Position numbers and translations under genes: made by a program. 39,042 nt of DNA from Escherichia phage CurroJimenez_Bas106, in the sequence record PQ850599.1. One strand, given 5' to 3'. The notes beneath the pieces were generated by a model. It was not told the origin of the DNA, ran no database searches, and saw only the letters and a program-made list of their open reading frames with translations. The first letter of the stretch is position 1. Each line of letters begins with the position of its first letter. This document shows positions 37,933-39,042 of the stretch, in pieces.

Positions 37933-38460
37933 ATGAATCATCAATTGGCTAATCTCGATTTCCGGGACATGGTGGTTGTTTCTGGTGATCGCGTGATCAC
38001 AACCTCCCGCAAGGTAGCAGCTTACTTCGACAAGCAGCATCACCACATCATTCAGAAAATCGAAAAGCTAGACTGTTCGGATGAATTTCTAACCAGCAAC
38101 TTTTCGCGGGTTACCTATGAACACAAGGGTAATCAGTATGTTGAATATGAAATTTCCAAAGACGGCGCGATGTACATCATCATGTCGTTTACCGGCAAAA
38201 AAGCTGCCGCCATCAAAGAGGCGTTTATCAAAGCATTTAATTGGATGCGTGACAGGCTGATGGAGATGGCTCACTCATACCAAAGAGAGCACAACGAGTT
38301 AATGCTGGAGTTCATGAAGGAAAAGGATGTTGCCAGTATGTCAGGACGCTTGCTGAACCGCTGGGGCAGGATCAAAAAACCGCAACTCATAGCAAGAATC
38401 GAAAGGCTTGAGCAGCAGGCGCAAATATCGATCCCCGGACTTCCAGTCAGGCGGCGCTAA
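37933..38460 (+). CDS. rha: Rha-family phage regulatory protein
   Basis: 175 aa from ATG 37933; LANLDFRDMVVVSGDRVITTSRKVAAYFDKQHHHIIQKIEKL resembles Rha-domain proteins; same position as P22 rha; the ORF-track 5' extension crosses a terminator. Confidence 0.6.
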   Translation: MNHQLANLDFRDMVVVSGDRVITTSRKVAAYFDKQHHHIIQKIEKLDCSDEFLTSNFSRVTYEHKGNQYVEYEISKDGAMYIIMSFTGKKAAAIKEAFIKAFNWMRDRLMEMAHSYQREHNELMLEFMKEKDVASMSGRLLNRWGRIKKPQLIARIERLEQQAQISIPGLPVRRR

Positions 38461-38542
38461 TTCAGATATCACGACTCGCACTATCGAAGCGGTGCGTAAA
38501 TCGAAGGAAGCGTTAGACCTGTTCACTACCGGAGTGTAAGAG

Positions 38543-38830
38543 ATGACTGAACAAGAAATGCCGAGATACCAGTGCCACAAAAAAGTTCGCGCCCTGAAGA
38601 TTGGCTCTATAGAACATAAGCCAAACCCAGATCAGTCTGGTAAGACTGGCTCTTCTAGTTATGGGGCAATTATTCATCCGGATGATAAGAAATACGCAGC
38701 ATTTGATGTTAGCGCGGAATATATCTGTAAGCACCGACCAATGTCTGGAGGCTATTACGTTGTCTATGAGGATGGATATGAATCATATTCTCCTGCTGAG
38801 GTATTTGAGTCTGGATATTCAAAATTATAG
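38543..38830 (+). CDS. hypothetical protein (95 aa)
   Basis: ATG with GGAGTG SD; no family recognised. Confidence 0.5.
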   Translation: MTEQEMPRYQCHKKVRALKIGSIEHKPNPDQSGKTGSSSYGAIIHPDDKKYAAFDVSAEYICKHRPMSGGYYVVYEDGYESYSPAEVFESGYSKL

Positions 38831-38839
38831 GAATCCTCT

Positions 38840-39019
38840 ATGACAAGCGTCGTTGATCTTGGTAAGGAGAAGAAATTCCCAATTACTCAAGAGCTATACG
38901 AGCGGCTTGAAAGCGTCATCCATGATTACGATGGTGAAATCAGTTTATGTGAGGCGATTGGCACACTCGAATTGCTGAAGCAGTCACTGATTGAAAGTGC
39001 GAAAGAGTCCTCAACCTGA
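38840..39019 (+). CDS. hypothetical protein (59 aa)
   Basis: Manually translated MTSVVDLGKEKKFPITQELYERLESVIHDYDGEISLCEAIGTLELLKQSLIESAKESST; below ORF-track threshold; last gene before the wrap to terS. Confidence 0.4.
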   Translation: MTSVVDLGKEKKFPITQELYERLESVIHDYDGEISLCEAIGTLELLKQSLIESAKESST

Positions 39020-39042
39020 AATGACAATTAAGTGAGATGAAT

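Overview
The window reads as a complete, circularly permuted genome (about 39 kb) of a mosaic temperate phage, with no host flanking DNA: the last gene and the ribosome-binding site for the first gene (terS) sit at the window end. 1-16297 (+) is a P22-like virion module (terS, terL, portal, scaffold, coat, gp4, gp10, gp26, gp14, gp7, gp20, gp16, tailspike) with no immI (sieA/mnt/arc/ant) region. 16537-18144 (-) is a P4-family tyrosine integrase, a candidate attP carrying a tRNA-Arg-like 3' end, and an AlpA/Xis-like gene. 18202-27857 (-) is a tightly packed early-left operon: Ea22-like and DUF551 proteins, a recombination module (DEDDh exonuclease, HNH endonuclease, SSB, Rad52-like/Erf-tail annealing protein), kil, cIII, several unknown small genes and a lambda-type N with nutL. 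28346-29705 is the immunity region (cI-like repressor, oL/oR operator repeats, cro, nutR, cII). 29740-35911 (+) holds a T5orf172/GIY-YIG-like gene inserted between cII and O, an O-type initiator with internal origin iterons, a DnaC-like loader, a lambda-like nin region and a non-lambda Q. Two tRNA genes (Asn-GUU, Thr-UGU) lie between Q and lambda-type S/R/Rz/Rz1 lysis genes, followed by rha and two small ORFs. All homology calls come from reading the ORF translations and from memory of reference proteins; no database search was run. The best candidates for undescribed accessory functions are the cII-O T5orf172 insertion, the terminator-bounded unknown genes downstream of N, and the unusual attP/xis arrangement.
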